A stretch of 64,000 nt of DNA from a virus. How positions within the stretch are numbered: the first letter of the stretch is position 1; every line of letters starts with the position of its first letter. The stretch is from UHGV virus genome UHGV-0038498; one strand, given 5' to 3'. The position numbers and the translations under genes are program-made. Positions 9,075-19,950 of this stretch are shown piece after piece. The notes under the pieces were generated by a model that did no database searches, was not told where the DNA came from, and saw only the letters and a list, made by a program, of their open reading frames with translations.

Positions 9075-9095
9075 AGGCCTTCGGGCCTTTAATTT
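9075..9095 (+). terminator. rho-independent terminator
   Basis: Hairpin AGGCC-TTCG-GGCCT followed by TTAATTTT. Confidence 0.6.
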
Positions 9096-9103
9096 TATAA
9101 ATA
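9096..9103 (+). promoter_or_regulatory. late promoter (TATAAATA) for alt
   Basis: Exact TATAAATA 21 nt upstream of alt ATG, after terminator hairpin. Confidence 0.65.
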
Positions 9104-9123
9104 GAATAAACACTAGAGAGGAT

Positions 9124-11220
9124 ATGATGGAACTCATTACAGAATTATTTGACGAAGATACTACTCTTCCGATTACAAACTTAAATCCAAAGAAGAAAAT
9201 ACCGCAAATTTTTTCAGTTCATGTTGATGACGCAATTGAACAACCAGGATTTCGTTTATGTACCTATACATCTGGAGGTGATACTAATCGCGATTTAAAG
9301 ATGGGCGATAAAATGATGCATATTGTTCCTTTTACATTAACTGCTAAAGGTTCAATTGCTAAATTAAAAGGTCTCGGTCCAAGCCCAATTAATTATATCA
9401 ATTCAGTTTTTACTGTTGCGATGCAGACGATGCGTCAGTATAAAATTGATGCATGTATGCTCCGTATTCTTAAGTCTAAAACTGCTGGTCAAGCTCGTCA
9501 AATTCAACTTATTGCTGATAGACTTATCCGTAGTCGCTCAGGTGGCAGATACGTCCTTCTTAAGGAACTCTGGGATTACGATAAAAAGTATGCATATATT
9601 CTTATACATCGCAAAAATGTATCATTAGAAGACATTCCAGGAGTTCCTGAAATTAGTACCGAGCTCTTTACTAAAGTTGAATCGAAGGTCGGTGATGTTT
9701 ATATCAATAAAGATACTGGAGCTCAAGTAACTAAAAATGAGGCAATTGCAGCATCTATTGCGCAAGAAAACGATAAACGTTCTGACCAAGCTGTAATCGT
9801 TAAAGTTAAAATTTCCCGTAGAGCAATTGCACAAAGTCAGTCATTGGAATCTTCTAGATTTGAAAGTGAATTATTCCAGAAGTATGAATCTACTGCAGCT
9901 AATTTCAATAAACCTGCTACCGCTCCTTTAATTCCCGAAGCGGAAGAAATGAAACTTGGAATTAATTCACTAGCTTCTAAAACTAAGGCAGCAAAAATCA
10001 TTGCCGAAGGAACTGCAGATGAACTTCACTATGATTATAAATTCTTTTCAAAAAGTGAGGTTAATGAAGTTTCTGAAAAAATTAAAGATGTAATTCTTAA
10101 TGCGATTAAAAATGAACCAACTACTTCAATAAAATGTTTAGAGAAATACGCAGCAGCTATTAATAAATTCTTTGAAGAATACAAAGATACTTGGCTTGAT
10201 AAACATAATAAAACCCGTAAAGGACAGCCAGATGAAGTTTGGGAAGAAATAACTAAAAATTCCTGGAACGCAGCAAAAACTAAATTCCTCAAACGAATGA
10301 TTTATAGCTTTTCTGGAATTGGTGCAGGTCCAATGATTGATATTACTATTGCCCGTGATGGTTCGAAATATACTCCATCACAAAAGCGCGGCATTAGAGA
10401 GTATTGTGGTTCAGGATATACTGACATCAATAATCTTCTTTTAGGACGCTACAATCCAGAACGATATGATGTAATGAGTGAAAAAGAAATTGAATCTGCT
10501 ATAAATAACTTAGATTCAGCTTTTGAAAATGGTGACCGTATACCGGAAGGCATTACAGTTTATCGTGCTCAAAGTATGACTGCTCCTATATACGAAGCAT
10601 TAGTTAAAAATAAAGTGTTCTATTTCAGAAATTTTGTATCTACTTCTTTAACTCCTATCATTTTTGGACGTTTTGGAATTACACATGCTGGTATTGGTCT
10701 TTTAGAACCAGAAGCTCGTAATGAATTAACAGTTGATAAAAATGAAGAAGGAATAACTATTAATCCAAACGAAATAAGAGCGTATAAAGAAAATCCTGAA
10801 TACGTTAAAGTTCAAATAGGATGGGCAATTGATGGAGCTCATAAAGTTAATGTTGTATATCCAGGAAGTCTCGGAATAGCAACCGAAGCTGAAGTTATTC
10901 TACCACGCGGATTGATGGTCAAAGTTAATAAAATAACTGATGCTTCTAATAATGACGGAACAACATCTAATAATACAAAACTCATTCAAGCTGAAGTTAT
11001 GACTACGGAAGAACTCACCGAATCAGTAATTTATGACGGTGACCGTCTAATGGAAACCGGCGAAGTAGTTGCAATGACAGGTGATATTGAAATAGAAGAC
11101 AGAGTTGACTTTGCATCATTTGTTTCATCAAATGTTAAACAAAAAGTAGAATCATCTCTTGGAATTATTGCGTCTTGCATAGATATTACAAACATGCCTT
11201 ACAAGTTCGTTCAAGGATAA
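9124..11220 (+). CDS. alt: Alt-type ADP-ribosyltransferase (capsid-packaged)
   Basis: 698 aa; N-terminal MELITELFD targeting-like sequence; R-S-EXE motifs (VYRAQ, FVSTSL, EAEVILPRG); TATAAATA 21 nt upstream. Confidence 0.85.
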   Translation: MMELITELFDEDTTLPITNLNPKKKIPQIFSVHVDDAIEQPGFRLCTYTSGGDTNRDLKMGDKMMHIVPFTLTAKGSIAKLKGLGPSPINYINSVFTVAMQTMRQYKIDACMLRILKSKTAGQARQIQLIADRLIRSRSGGRYVLLKELWDYDKKYAYILIHRKNVSLEDIPGVPEISTELFTKVESKVGDVYINKDTGAQVTKNEAIAASIAQENDKRSDQAVIVKVKISRRAIAQSQSLESSRFESELFQKYESTAANFNKPATAPLIPEAEEMKLGINSLASKTKAAKIIAEGTADELHYDYKFFSKSEVNEVSEKIKDVILNAIKNEPTTSIKCLEKYAAAINKFFEEYKDTWLDKHNKTRKGQPDEVWEEITKNSWNAAKTKFLKRMIYSFSGIGAGPMIDITIARDGSKYTPSQKRGIREYCGSGYTDINNLLLGRYNPERYDVMSEKEIESAINNLDSAFENGDRIPEGITVYRAQSMTAPIYEALVKNKVFYFRNFVSTSLTPIIFGRFGITHAGIGLLEPEARNELTVDKNEEGITINPNEIRAYKENPEYVKVQIGWAIDGAHKVNVVYPGSLGIATEAEVILPRGLMVKVNKITDASNNDGTTSNNTKLIQAEVMTTEELTESVIYDGDRLMETGEVVAMTGDIEIEDRVDFASFVSSNVKQKVESSLGIIASCIDITNMPYKFVQG

Positions 11221-11223
11221 ATC

Positions 11224-13281
11224 ATGGAACTTATTACAGAATTATTTGACGGCGCTTCGGCGCCGGTTGTTAACTTAAATCCTAAGCATAAAATACCTCA
11301 AATTTTTGCTATTCAAGCCGGCGAAGAAAGTGTGCTTCCTGGATTTAGATTTTGTACATACACCTCTGGCGGTGATACAAATAAAAACGTTAAGCCAGGC
11401 GATAAAATGATGCATATCGTAATGATAGGTGTTAATGAGAAACTATCATTAGTTAAACTTAAAAACTTGGGTGGAAATCCAATTGGTGTCATTAATGCCG
11501 TTTTTGATACTGCTCTTCAAACAATGAAACAGTATAAAATTGACGCATGCTTATTCCGCGTACTAAAAAGTAAAACAAATGGCGCAGCTCGTCAAATGCA
11601 AGTTATTGCTGACCGTTTAGTACGTACTAAAGGAGCAGGTCGATATGTTCTTTTAAAGGAAATCTGGGATTATGATAAAAAGTATGCATATATTATGGTT
11701 TACCGTAAAAATGCCAATTTAGAAGACATTCCAGGTGTACCTCCTATTTCAACTGAGTTATTCACAAAAGTTGAATCAAAGGTTGGTGATGTGTATGTAG
11801 ATGTTAAAACAGGTAATGCTGTTCCTAAAGCTGTTGCTGTTGCTGCTTCTATTGCCTTAGAAAATGATAAGCGCACGGATCAAGCTGTTATTCAGAAAAC
11901 TAAAATTAGTCGTCGATTAGCAGCGCAAGCTCAATATTCTACTGTCGATGCTTCACTACAGAGTGATAGCTTCGCTGCCAAGAAATATCAAGAGTTTGAA
12001 TCTAAAGTTCCGGTACATAAAGCAGAAGGACCAATGAACTCTGGCGTTATTCAGATTGGTTCAAACTTCGGCAAAGGAGCTATCGGTGGTATGAGAAGTG
12101 CTTCTCGTTTTAAATCTAACGATTATGAACTAGAAAGCTTCCGAAATCATATTGCATTGGCCCATGCACGTTTACGTGATCCATCTATCAAGCTGCAGAG
12201 CGATATAACATATCAAGGTTCTCAAGAATATTTAAAGAATAAAGAATTTTTTGATTATAAAACCGATAAAATTTTGAGCGATCTCGCTGACATTAATATT
12301 TCTAATAGCTTTGATGTTATTAAGAAAATTATCAATGATTTAGTTAAAGGTTCTAAAGCTACGCCAGACGAAAAGGTAGCTATTATTCAATTTGTCATGA
12401 ATGGCATTTATAAATTGATTAATGAATCTGCTGCCCAGGCGTATGAATACGCAAGCACCGAAGTAACTCCAAAAGGACTGACTCAGGCTGAGTCTGATGT
12501 AATTGAAGATTATTGTGCAGATTCATATGTTGAAATGAACTCGTTCCTCTTGGGTAAACCAGATTCTACCCGTGAAGAATACATGGAACGAGCTATTAAA
12601 CACATCGAGACAATGGATTCTGCCTTTGCCAAAGGTTCAGTTCTTCCTCCAGGAACTACGCTTTATCGTGGACAAGAAGTTACTTTTAAAACTTTACGCC
12701 ATAATATTGAAAATAAAATGTTCTATTTCAAGAACTTCGTATCAACATCGCTTAAACCAAATATCTTCGGTGAGCATGGTAAAAACTATATGGCTCTAGA
12801 TGATTCCGGCGCAGTATTTTCTGGTGAAGGAGAAGGTTCTGTTGATGCTGAAGATTTAATGCATATGGGTAGTCATTCTGCTTATGCGAATGAAGATGCT
12901 GAAACTAGCGTAGGTATGGTAATTAAAGGGGCTGAGCGAATCAAAGTTATCGTTCCAGGTCATTTATCAGGATTTCCATCAGAAGCTGAAGTTATTCTAC
13001 CGCGTGGAATTTTGTTGAAGATTAATAAAGTAAGCACGTACATGATGAAAGAAACTGCTTATAACAAGTATCTAATCGAAGGCACAATCGTTCCTCCTTC
13101 TGAACAATTAGAAGAATCGGTATATGATGGCGATCATCTAATGGAAACTGGTGAAGTTCGTCCAATGGCTGGGTTTAATCAATTCCTTGTAGAAGAATCA
13201 AAAGAAGAGGAAAACGAAGTTTCTCAAATCTTGGCTTCTTTGGTTAACATCAACGGAATGTCTAAAAAGTTCAAGATGTAG
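11224..13281 (+). CDS. Alt-like ADP-ribosyltransferase paralog
   Basis: 685 aa; same N-terminus (MELITELFD) and R-S-EXE motifs (LYRGQ, FVSTSL, EAEVILPRG); central ~250 aa diverge from upstream copy. Confidence 0.8.
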   Translation: MELITELFDGASAPVVNLNPKHKIPQIFAIQAGEESVLPGFRFCTYTSGGDTNKNVKPGDKMMHIVMIGVNEKLSLVKLKNLGGNPIGVINAVFDTALQTMKQYKIDACLFRVLKSKTNGAARQMQVIADRLVRTKGAGRYVLLKEIWDYDKKYAYIMVYRKNANLEDIPGVPPISTELFTKVESKVGDVYVDVKTGNAVPKAVAVAASIALENDKRTDQAVIQKTKISRRLAAQAQYSTVDASLQSDSFAAKKYQEFESKVPVHKAEGPMNSGVIQIGSNFGKGAIGGMRSASRFKSNDYELESFRNHIALAHARLRDPSIKLQSDITYQGSQEYLKNKEFFDYKTDKILSDLADINISNSFDVIKKIINDLVKGSKATPDEKVAIIQFVMNGIYKLINESAAQAYEYASTEVTPKGLTQAESDVIEDYCADSYVEMNSFLLGKPDSTREEYMERAIKHIETMDSAFAKGSVLPPGTTLYRGQEVTFKTLRHNIENKMFYFKNFVSTSLKPNIFGEHGKNYMALDDSGAVFSGEGEGSVDAEDLMHMGSHSAYANEDAETSVGMVIKGAERIKVIVPGHLSGFPSEAEVILPRGILLKINKVSTYMMKETAYNKYLIEGTIVPPSEQLEESVYDGDHLMETGEVRPMAGFNQFLVEESKEEENEVSQILASLVNINGMSKKFKM

Positions 13282-13333
13282 TTTACAAGTCCCTCGTGTT
13301 GTGTTATAGTAGTTTTACTGACATAACATGAGG
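13281..13333 (+). promoter_or_regulatory. early promoter with inverted repeat around -10; 3' arm overlaps RBS
   Basis: GTTTAC 13281-13286, TATAGT 13305-13310; arms CCTCGTGTT 13292-13300 / AACATGAGG 13325-13333 (one G-U), 3' arm carries GAGG RBS. Confidence 0.55.
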
Positions 13334-13341
13334 AACACAAA

Positions 13342-13632
13342 ATGAAATCTTCTTTACGCTTTTTAGGTCAAGAACTTGTAGTTGAAGGCGTTATTCCTGC
13401 TGATAACGCTTTTAATGAAGCAGTTTATGATGAATTTATCAAAATTTTTGGAACAGATAAAAAGTTCGGAATTTTTCCTTCTGAAAATTTTTCAAAGCCA
13501 GAGCAGACTGAAAGCATTTTCCAAGGTGTAGTAACAGGTAAATTTGAGTCAGAAGCTCCGGTAAAAATTGAAGTTTACATTGAAGACAGTTTAGTTGCTT
13601 CAGTTGCTGCTTTTATTTCATTCCGTAAATAA
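13342..13632 (+). CDS. hypothetical early protein (96 aa)
   Basis: GAGG RBS; early-type promoter 13281-13310; terminator hairpin downstream. Confidence 0.5.
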   Translation: MKSSLRFLGQELVVEGVIPADNAFNEAVYDEFIKIFGTDKKFGIFPSENFSKPEQTESIFQGVVTGKFESEAPVKIEVYIEDSLVASVAAFISFRK

Positions 13633-13637
13633 AAATA

Positions 13638-13655
13638 TGGGGACCTTTCGGTCCC
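13638..13655. terminator. bidirectional terminator hairpin between convergent ORF 13342-13632 and gene 54
   Basis: GGGGACC-TTTC-GGTCCCC flanked by A/T runs on both sides. Confidence 0.6.
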
Positions 13656-13660
13656 CATTG

Positions 13661-14626
13661 TTATATTGCTCCTAATATCTTACTTTGCGAGTTGACAATT
13701 CCCGTCATAGTATTAATGTTGGAAATGCTTCCAGCAGTTCCCCCTAATCTACTAAGTCGTGAAAGCGAATTAGATAATCCAGTAACACCTCCACTATTTC
13801 CGAGAACGCTTTGAATGCCATTTATAGCAGCAGATTCAAGCCACTCAAGCGCAGCTTGTCTATCAACCGACCCAGCCTGCATGACTCTATACGCAAAAGT
13901 AACATCAAATGTAGTTATTTGGTTATCTCCATCATATGATAACTCAGGAGCGCTCACTGACACTGGAATGCATCCGGTGAACATCACCGCAGTATGAGGT
14001 AATCCATTACGAGCATGAAGATTAACCTGAATATCTGCCTCGACATCTTGTGGCAAAGCACGCAGTCCAGTTACTGGGTCTTGAACAGCGTTAACCCAGT
14101 CTTGCATCGCACGATAGTTACAAGCTTCTGAATCCATTCTAAATGAAATAACCAAAGGGTCTAATTCTCTCCCAGTTATACGAATATTAGGAGAATTATA
14201 GTTCCAGTCAGTTTCATAGGATAATCTATTCTCTGGCATTTTTACAGAATATATCATCAATCCAGATGAGTTATATGCCATGTTAAAGAAGTCAATTAAA
14301 TATGTACCAACTGTAAATGAGCCCAATAAACTTTGAACTGTACGTTGACTCATGGCACCAATAAGATATTTACTAACCCCTGATTTTCTTATCAGTTTTT
14401 GTGTGCCAGCGGTAATTAGCGTGGTAATTCCCTGATTAATATCGCCTTGAGTCAATCCTAACCAATCTGAATTTAGACCCAAGTTATTATAAGAAAAGTT
14501 GCTAATTGAACTTATCAACGAAGAGCTTTTAGTTGATGGAGTTGTCGCAAAAACGCAGCTAAACATATTATTACGTTGGAAATCTGCGTTTATTGCTTGA
14601 TTATTAAATTCCTCTAAAGAATACAT
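13661..14626 (-). CDS. 54: baseplate tail-tube initiator
   Basis: 321 aa; gene order 54-48-29-28-27-51 as in T4. Confidence 0.8.
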   Translation of the reverse strand: MYSLEEFNNQAINADFQRNNMFSCVFATTPSTKSSSLISSISNFSYNNLGLNSDWLGLTQGDINQGITTLITAGTQKLIRKSGVSKYLIGAMSQRTVQSLLGSFTVGTYLIDFFNMAYNSSGLMIYSVKMPENRLSYETDWNYNSPNIRITGRELDPLVISFRMDSEACNYRAMQDWVNAVQDPVTGLRALPQDVEADIQVNLHARNGLPHTAVMFTGCIPVSVSAPELSYDGDNQITTFDVTFAYRVMQAGSVDRQAALEWLESAAINGIQSVLGNSGGVTGLSNSLSRLSRLGGTAGSISNINTMTGIVNSQSKILGAI

Positions 14627-15720
14627 TAAAAAGTCCCCGCATATAAAGAAGCACGGTTTAACGTGATAATTTCTCTCATAGTAATCTCAAGAGTAAATGT
14701 ACTAGGGAGGTTTGGAGCAATAGCTAATCCATTAAAGTTACCATTAGGTGTTTTATCAAATCTGATGCTCTGTATTTGGCATGGACCAAATATTTCCGTT
14801 TTTCCATCAAACTTAGACGTTGCACCAAAGTTTTTCACCATCCAAATTGTCGGGTTTGAAACTACTAGAACGTTAGTTAAACTCGATGTCATTTTCTCAA
14901 ATAGTGTTTTATTTTTAGCTGCATCTTCCGGAGATAAAGGTTCAATTAACGTAGAACGATACCAATCATCTAAATACCCCTTTATTTCAGCAGCATATTG
15001 AGATTTACCCGTTTCACCATAAGAAAAATAGTTAAAATATTGATAGATATTAATAATAGCCATTAAATCTTCTGTGGAACGTGGAGTCAAATCCCATGTA
15101 AACACTTTAGTTCTATTCTCAGCACCGCCATACATACTTCTGGCTGTCGTATAAATCTGTTCATTATTATCAGCCATTATACCCTGTGTTATACTTTCCA
15201 GTGCCCCAAATACTGCAGTTGAAGCAATATTACTTAACACACCAGTAGCAGTACCTCCGCCTCTGCTGATAAGACTTTCTTGAACATCATTAAATCTGTG
15301 TGATGATGTATCAACATCAGATTTAGATCTCGGTAAAAGAATGTTTGCGACAGGAGCTTTACTTATTGTTCCTGAATTGTTATTTGATATTAATCCATTT
15401 GATAGTTTTGATACTGTACTACTAATAGTGTTTCTAGCTGTACTTAAAATACTCGAAGATGAAGAAGAGTAGTTAGATCTCATCGATCTAAGACTTCCAG
15501 AATCCCTAGATGACATATTGTATGCAGTAAATAATAATCCATTCTTATATAGATCTGTTACCTGGAAGTCCCCTGTAGTGTCATTACCACTAGCACGCCC
15601 AGTTGGAAACTGGGCAGTGTATGTTTTAGTTGCTACTTCTGATTTAGTACTCTGTCCGGCTGAAATTTTCTCACCGGACTTTTTAATTAAATCAGCAGTT
15701 ATTTCTTTAACAATTGCCAT
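14626..15720 (-). CDS. 48: baseplate tail-tube cap/junction protein
   Basis: 364 aa as T4 gp48; position between 54 and 29. Confidence 0.8.
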   Translation of the reverse strand: MAIVKEITADLIKKSGEKISAGQSTKSEVATKTYTAQFPTGRASGNDTTGDFQVTDLYKNGLLFTAYNMSSRDSGSLRSMRSNYSSSSSSILSTARNTISSTVSKLSNGLISNNNSGTISKAPVANILLPRSKSDVDTSSHRFNDVQESLISRGGGTATGVLSNIASTAVFGALESITQGIMADNNEQIYTTARSMYGGAENRTKVFTWDLTPRSTEDLMAIINIYQYFNYFSYGETGKSQYAAEIKGYLDDWYRSTLIEPLSPEDAAKNKTLFEKMTSSLTNVLVVSNPTIWMVKNFGATSKFDGKTEIFGPCQIQSIRFDKTPNGNFNGLAIAPNLPSTFTLEITMREIITLNRASLYAGTF

Positions 15721-15728
15721 ATTATTCC

Positions 15729-17501
15729 TTAATTAACTCCAGTCGCATCAAATACACCAGGAGCAGTCGTGCTCGTTACGGGTGTCATATTATGAACGAC
15801 AGTATTTTTCTTAATAACATTATTAGTATTATTGATCGAAGGAGATGCTTGTTGAACAGGAGCTTGCTGTGCTTTGTTCTTTTCTATTACCTGGACTTGT
15901 TTTGCTTCTGGCGATTTAGCAGAAGTTTCAGGTTTGGCATTAGGCTGATTTTTCTTGAGCTCTTGATAAGTAGCATCAATTTTAGAAAATCTAGCAGCAA
16001 GTTCTTTTTTAACTGCCGGTGAATTATTTAAATCCGGGTCATCCATTCGTTTTTTAAGGTCTTCATAGGCAGCTTCAACTGATTTAACCGTTGAGTCTTT
16101 ACTCATATCAGCTGAATCAGCATATTTTTCAAAACGAATCATCGCGGCACGTGCTTCATTAGCCTTCATTAAAGCATTTTTTCTTTCTTCAGGTGAAAGT
16201 TGCTTTAATTTTTCTTCTTCTGCTGCGCGTTCTTCATCGGTTGTCAATGCTTCTTTATTATCAACACCACGAATCCAATTAGATGCACGGGTTTTCCAAT
16301 TAGCAATTTTATCTAATCCTTTTGCTATCGGACCAAGGTCTCCGTTCATTCGTTTATCTTGATAATTTGCAACTTTTTCTTGATCTTCTTTATTGAGAGA
16401 TGCTCCAGTAGAATTTTGGAAATTTTCTAGTGCTCTTCCTTCTACTTCATCAGCAGTATCCTTCATGCCAGGAATGACTCGAAGAATTGCGGCAGATAAT
16501 TTAGCCATTCCAAGCTGAATAAGTTCTCCTAAATTATAAAGAACCTTTCCAAGCCCTTCTACAATAGCTACCGTCAAACCGCCCCAATCTCCCGCTTCCC
16601 AGAATTTTTTAATTTCATCAATAGAACTAAAGATGCTCTGTAATAAAGGACCCCATGTTCCGGTTTCGCTAGAGAATTTAGTAAAGTCTGTACTAAACAA
16701 ATCCCAAGCCTGCGAAAATTTATCTGACCAATATTTGAAATGAACCATCAGCAGATCTATTCCAACAACAACAGCCAATATCATTGCAGTCATTTTAGCA
16801 GCTTCAATAGCAGCACTGACGGTATACTTAAATAGCATGCTTGATATTTTATCAGTAATTGAAATAGATTTCTTAAATCCGAAATCAACAGTCTTTGTTA
16901 ATTTATCTAAAGCTTGAGATAATTTTAAGTTAAATGCGTCTTTTTTCTGTTTTTCTTCTGGCGATTCTTGTTTAGGTTCAACTGGCTGAGGGGTAGGGAA
17001 AAAATCAGCATCAGGATCATTATTAACTGCTTCAGGAGCTGGTAATAAAGGACCCACGGATTCAGCTGTATCGTCCTCAACAACTTTAACAGGAATAGCG
17101 CTTTCAACCGTAGCTAAACTAGTTCCTGTTTGTTGAATTCCGGCTGTCTGGATTTTTTGCTCGAGTAAACTCGTTAATTTATCTAATTTACTTCCGAGCG
17201 ATTCACCGATTTCTTTATTAATATTATTGCCAATTTCGACAGTTTCAGCAATTAACTCAGAACCAGCAGTAGTATCACTCACTGCGCTTTCTACATTGTC
17301 AATTGCTCCAATTATTTCATTCGATTTTTCTTCGACAGTTTGAGCAATTAATTCAGAAGCAGCTTGAGCATCATCCAATTTCGTAGATATATCGTTAAGT
17401 CCAGATAAAGTGTTGGAAGCGGATTTAGCCGCTTCCTGTGTTGGTTTATTATCTGAAATAACTTTTCTACGCATCGTTTGCATTTCTTGTGGCTTTTTCA
17501 T
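15729..17501 (-). CDS. 29: tail length tape-measure / baseplate hub protein
   Basis: 590 aa as T4 gp29; position. Confidence 0.85.
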   Translation of the reverse strand: MKKPQEMQTMRRKVISDNKPTQEAAKSASNTLSGLNDISTKLDDAQAASELIAQTVEEKSNEIIGAIDNVESAVSDTTAGSELIAETVEIGNNINKEIGESLGSKLDKLTSLLEQKIQTAGIQQTGTSLATVESAIPVKVVEDDTAESVGPLLPAPEAVNNDPDADFFPTPQPVEPKQESPEEKQKKDAFNLKLSQALDKLTKTVDFGFKKSISITDKISSMLFKYTVSAAIEAAKMTAMILAVVVGIDLLMVHFKYWSDKFSQAWDLFSTDFTKFSSETGTWGPLLQSIFSSIDEIKKFWEAGDWGGLTVAIVEGLGKVLYNLGELIQLGMAKLSAAILRVIPGMKDTADEVEGRALENFQNSTGASLNKEDQEKVANYQDKRMNGDLGPIAKGLDKIANWKTRASNWIRGVDNKEALTTDEERAAEEEKLKQLSPEERKNALMKANEARAAMIRFEKYADSADMSKDSTVKSVEAAYEDLKKRMDDPDLNNSPAVKKELAARFSKIDATYQELKKNQPNAKPETSAKSPEAKQVQVIEKNKAQQAPVQQASPSINNTNNVIKKNTVVHNMTPVTSTTAPGVFDATGVN

Positions 17502-18031
17502 TCAAATAATCCAATAATATTGCCAATTCCGGTTATTGGACCATTAGGGCCAGGAATTGCTAAAGTTGTAAAAATATCATTTGCCCATTTTAAAACGAAT
17601 GCTGGCATCTCAAGAAAATTAATTTCTTTAACTTCATCATTGACCTTAAGCAAGCATTTGGATAACATATCGCTCACCGTTAAAAATTGTTCAAATTTTC
17701 CAGGAGGTCTAAAATAAAATGTATTTCCTTGGTATTGAAATTCTAATCTTTGGCATACATAAACATCATTAATGTCATAAGTATAACCATCTATTTCTTT
17801 ACGAGATTTAATCTTTCCATTAAATTCCAATAAATGAATGGAAACGAAATCAACTTCTGCTGGTGATAAATTCGGGCAAATAGAATCAATAAGAAGTTTT
17901 AAATTTTCATCAGGACCTTTAACATCTTTTAAAATGTTATAATGTTTAAGACCCATTTTAGGAATAGAAACTTCTTTATTGCTTATTGGAAGAACTACTT
18001 TCTTCAGTGGTAGTATCAGATTTAAATTCAT
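17498..18031 (-). CDS. 28: baseplate hub distal subunit
   Basis: 177 aa as T4 gp28; overlaps end of gene 27. Confidence 0.75.
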   Translation of the reverse strand: MNLNLILPLKKVVLPISNKEVSIPKMGLKHYNILKDVKGPDENLKLLIDSICPNLSPAEVDFVSIHLLEFNGKIKSRKEIDGYTYDINDVYVCQRLEFQYQGNTFYFRPPGKFEQFLTVSDMLSKCLLKVNDEVKEINFLEMPAFVLKWANDIFTTLAIPGPNGPITGIGNIIGLFE

Positions 18032-19151
18032 TTTTAACCTTAACTGGGTCTATTGTTTCCAGTTTCGTTGCATTAGTGAACATATATAGATGAGTTACTG
18101 AATTATTATTGGATAATTCATGGATAACTTCATCAACGTAAAATTCTGTTTTAAATTGGTTTTTACTATCATTAAAAATAATTTTAACGCCAGGAGTCAA
18201 GTTAAAATTACCGACAGTAGAACATTTAGCATAGCCATCGTATTGTGCCATAGTTTGAAGACGAATAGCTTCTTCATATCCATTCCTATAAGTCATTTCA
18301 GAATAAGCACCTGACCTTGATACTACAATAGAGTTTTCTCCCTTTCCTGTAGTAATCATTGGCAATGAAGAGTCTAAAAATGAATGCGCATAGATAGTAG
18401 CGTTTTTCATTGGGTCACGTTTGTGAGGATTTGATTTAGTCAACCAAACGAAATCATACGCTAATGGATATTTTAATTCTTGGATGAATTGACCTATTAA
18501 AGATGGCTCACCGACAATCATTGGATATGGTTCTTGATTTATCATCATATCATAGTCCATCATGTTAACTCCCATGATGTCTTGCCACACAAATACAAAT
18601 TTGTCACTTCCTACAGCTAGAGCAACTTCTCTGACATATGACAAATAATTTTCAAATGTGCTGGTCCATGGAATATCAGGAACATAAGCATTTATTGCAT
18701 TTATTGCTGGAGTTAATAACGTGCGATCCTGATAAATGACACCAAGCATTTCCTTTATAGATTCACCTGCATCAGAGAAAAACGGTCTGCCAAATTTAAG
18801 ATTTTCTATAGAATGAATAGTTCCCAATTCAATAGCAATGATGTTATCACCCTTTGAATCTACTGACACTGAAAAATGCTTACATCCATAAATTCGTGTT
18901 TTAACATTATTAATATCGTTTGCATTAGCTACAGAAATCTGAATTATTTCATTTCCATCCATTTTTGTATGGATATTTTTAGAATCATAAAACTGCAGCA
19001 TTCCTTCATTTCGGCCATAAAGAGAATCCCGCATAGTTAATGTGGTAATAGTAGCAGCTAATTCAACAAATCTATTATTACTCCAAGCGTCGTAGCTATC
19101 AAATAATTTAACGCTGAGATTTGGATATCCTGGGCGTTGCAACATACTCAT
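17976..19151 (-). CDS. 27: baseplate hub subunit
   Basis: 391 aa as T4 gp27; position. Confidence 0.85.
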   Translation of the reverse strand: MSMLQRPGYPNLSVKLFDSYDAWSNNRFVELAATITTLTMRDSLYGRNEGMLQFYDSKNIHTKMDGNEIIQISVANANDINNVKTRIYGCKHFSVSVDSKGDNIIAIELGTIHSIENLKFGRPFFSDAGESIKEMLGVIYQDRTLLTPAINAINAYVPDIPWTSTFENYLSYVREVALAVGSDKFVFVWQDIMGVNMMDYDMMINQEPYPMIVGEPSLIGQFIQELKYPLAYDFVWLTKSNPHKRDPMKNATIYAHSFLDSSLPMITTGKGENSIVVSRSGAYSEMTYRNGYEEAIRLQTMAQYDGYAKCSTVGNFNLTPGVKIIFNDSKNQFKTEFYVDEVIHELSNNNSVTHLYMFTNATKLETIDPVKVKNEFKSDTTTEESSSSNKQ

Positions 19152-19900
19152 TATTGTTTATCCTTCTCAATCAGTTTTAATACGAATCCGCGCTCAGCAG
19201 GAATCATTTTCATTATTGAATTTAAGCTATAATTACTTTTTACAAGTGTGTGATTAATTTGATAAAAAGTAAATATTTCATCTGGGTTAACTAATAGCTT
19301 AAACACATCTACTATATCAGTGTATTTTTTTACATACTTATTACAACATGACATATGCAATGTTAAATTAATAGGATTCATTGCATCGAGAATTTTTTCT
19401 AATGTTTCTATCTCGATGGCATCAACAAGTTCTATTTGACTTGATTCACTAATTTCCTTCCAATCATACCATATTTCATCTACTTGAACAGAATGAATAT
19501 TTTCAGTAATCATCTTTGCTTTATTTTCATAAAACTCAGAAGGAAACTTTAATTTAATTTTAACATTAGCTACATCAAAAACAGGCTCCTTTAATTCTTT
19601 TTGATATATTTCAAATGGAACTGTCTTTTCTTTTTTACATTTTGGACATACAAATGTGACCGGTACTTTAGTTTTACCTATTGACCCTACAAATACCTGC
19701 AAAAATATAAATGGTTGCCAAGTCTTCGGATAGTCTCCAAAATAATCGGCAATTAAATCAGCAATTATTTCTTTTTGTTCTTGTGGTGACCGATGTTCTA
19801 TATCGTTTCGAACTAACAAAAAATCTCGATAATCTTCTACCGTAAATGGTTTAAAACGATGAACACCATCTGGTAATTTACAACGAATAATGTTTGCCAT
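19151..19900 (-). CDS. 51: baseplate hub assembly catalyst
   Basis: 249 aa as T4 gp51; late promoter TATAAATA upstream on minus strand. Confidence 0.8.
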   Translation of the reverse strand: MANIIRCKLPDGVHRFKPFTVEDYRDFLLVRNDIEHRSPQEQKEIIADLIADYFGDYPKTWQPFIFLQVFVGSIGKTKVPVTFVCPKCKKEKTVPFEIYQKELKEPVFDVANVKIKLKFPSEFYENKAKMITENIHSVQVDEIWYDWKEISESSQIELVDAIEIETLEKILDAMNPINLTLHMSCCNKYVKKYTDIVDVFKLLVNPDEIFTFYQINHTLVKSNYSLNSIMKMIPAERGFVLKLIEKDKQ

Positions 19901-19917
19901 AGATGCTCCTTTTATTC

Positions 19918-19929
19918 TATTTATAAATA
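19918..19929. promoter_or_regulatory. overlapping divergent late promoters for genes 51 (minus) and 26 (plus)
   Basis: TATTTATAAATA: TATAAATA on plus at 19922-19929 and on minus at 19918-19925. Confidence 0.65.
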
Positions 19930-19950
19930 TGATAAATAAAGGAGCTAAAT

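Noticed and set aside
13815-13997. Plus-strand ORFs inside the minus-strand structural block (for example 13815-13997, 14663-15001, 29865-30263, 30772-31116, 33087-33389, 36245-36532, 48556-48891, 50235-50507)
   Set aside because: Antisense to large structural genes whose lengths match T4 proteins; no start signals; shadow ORFs.
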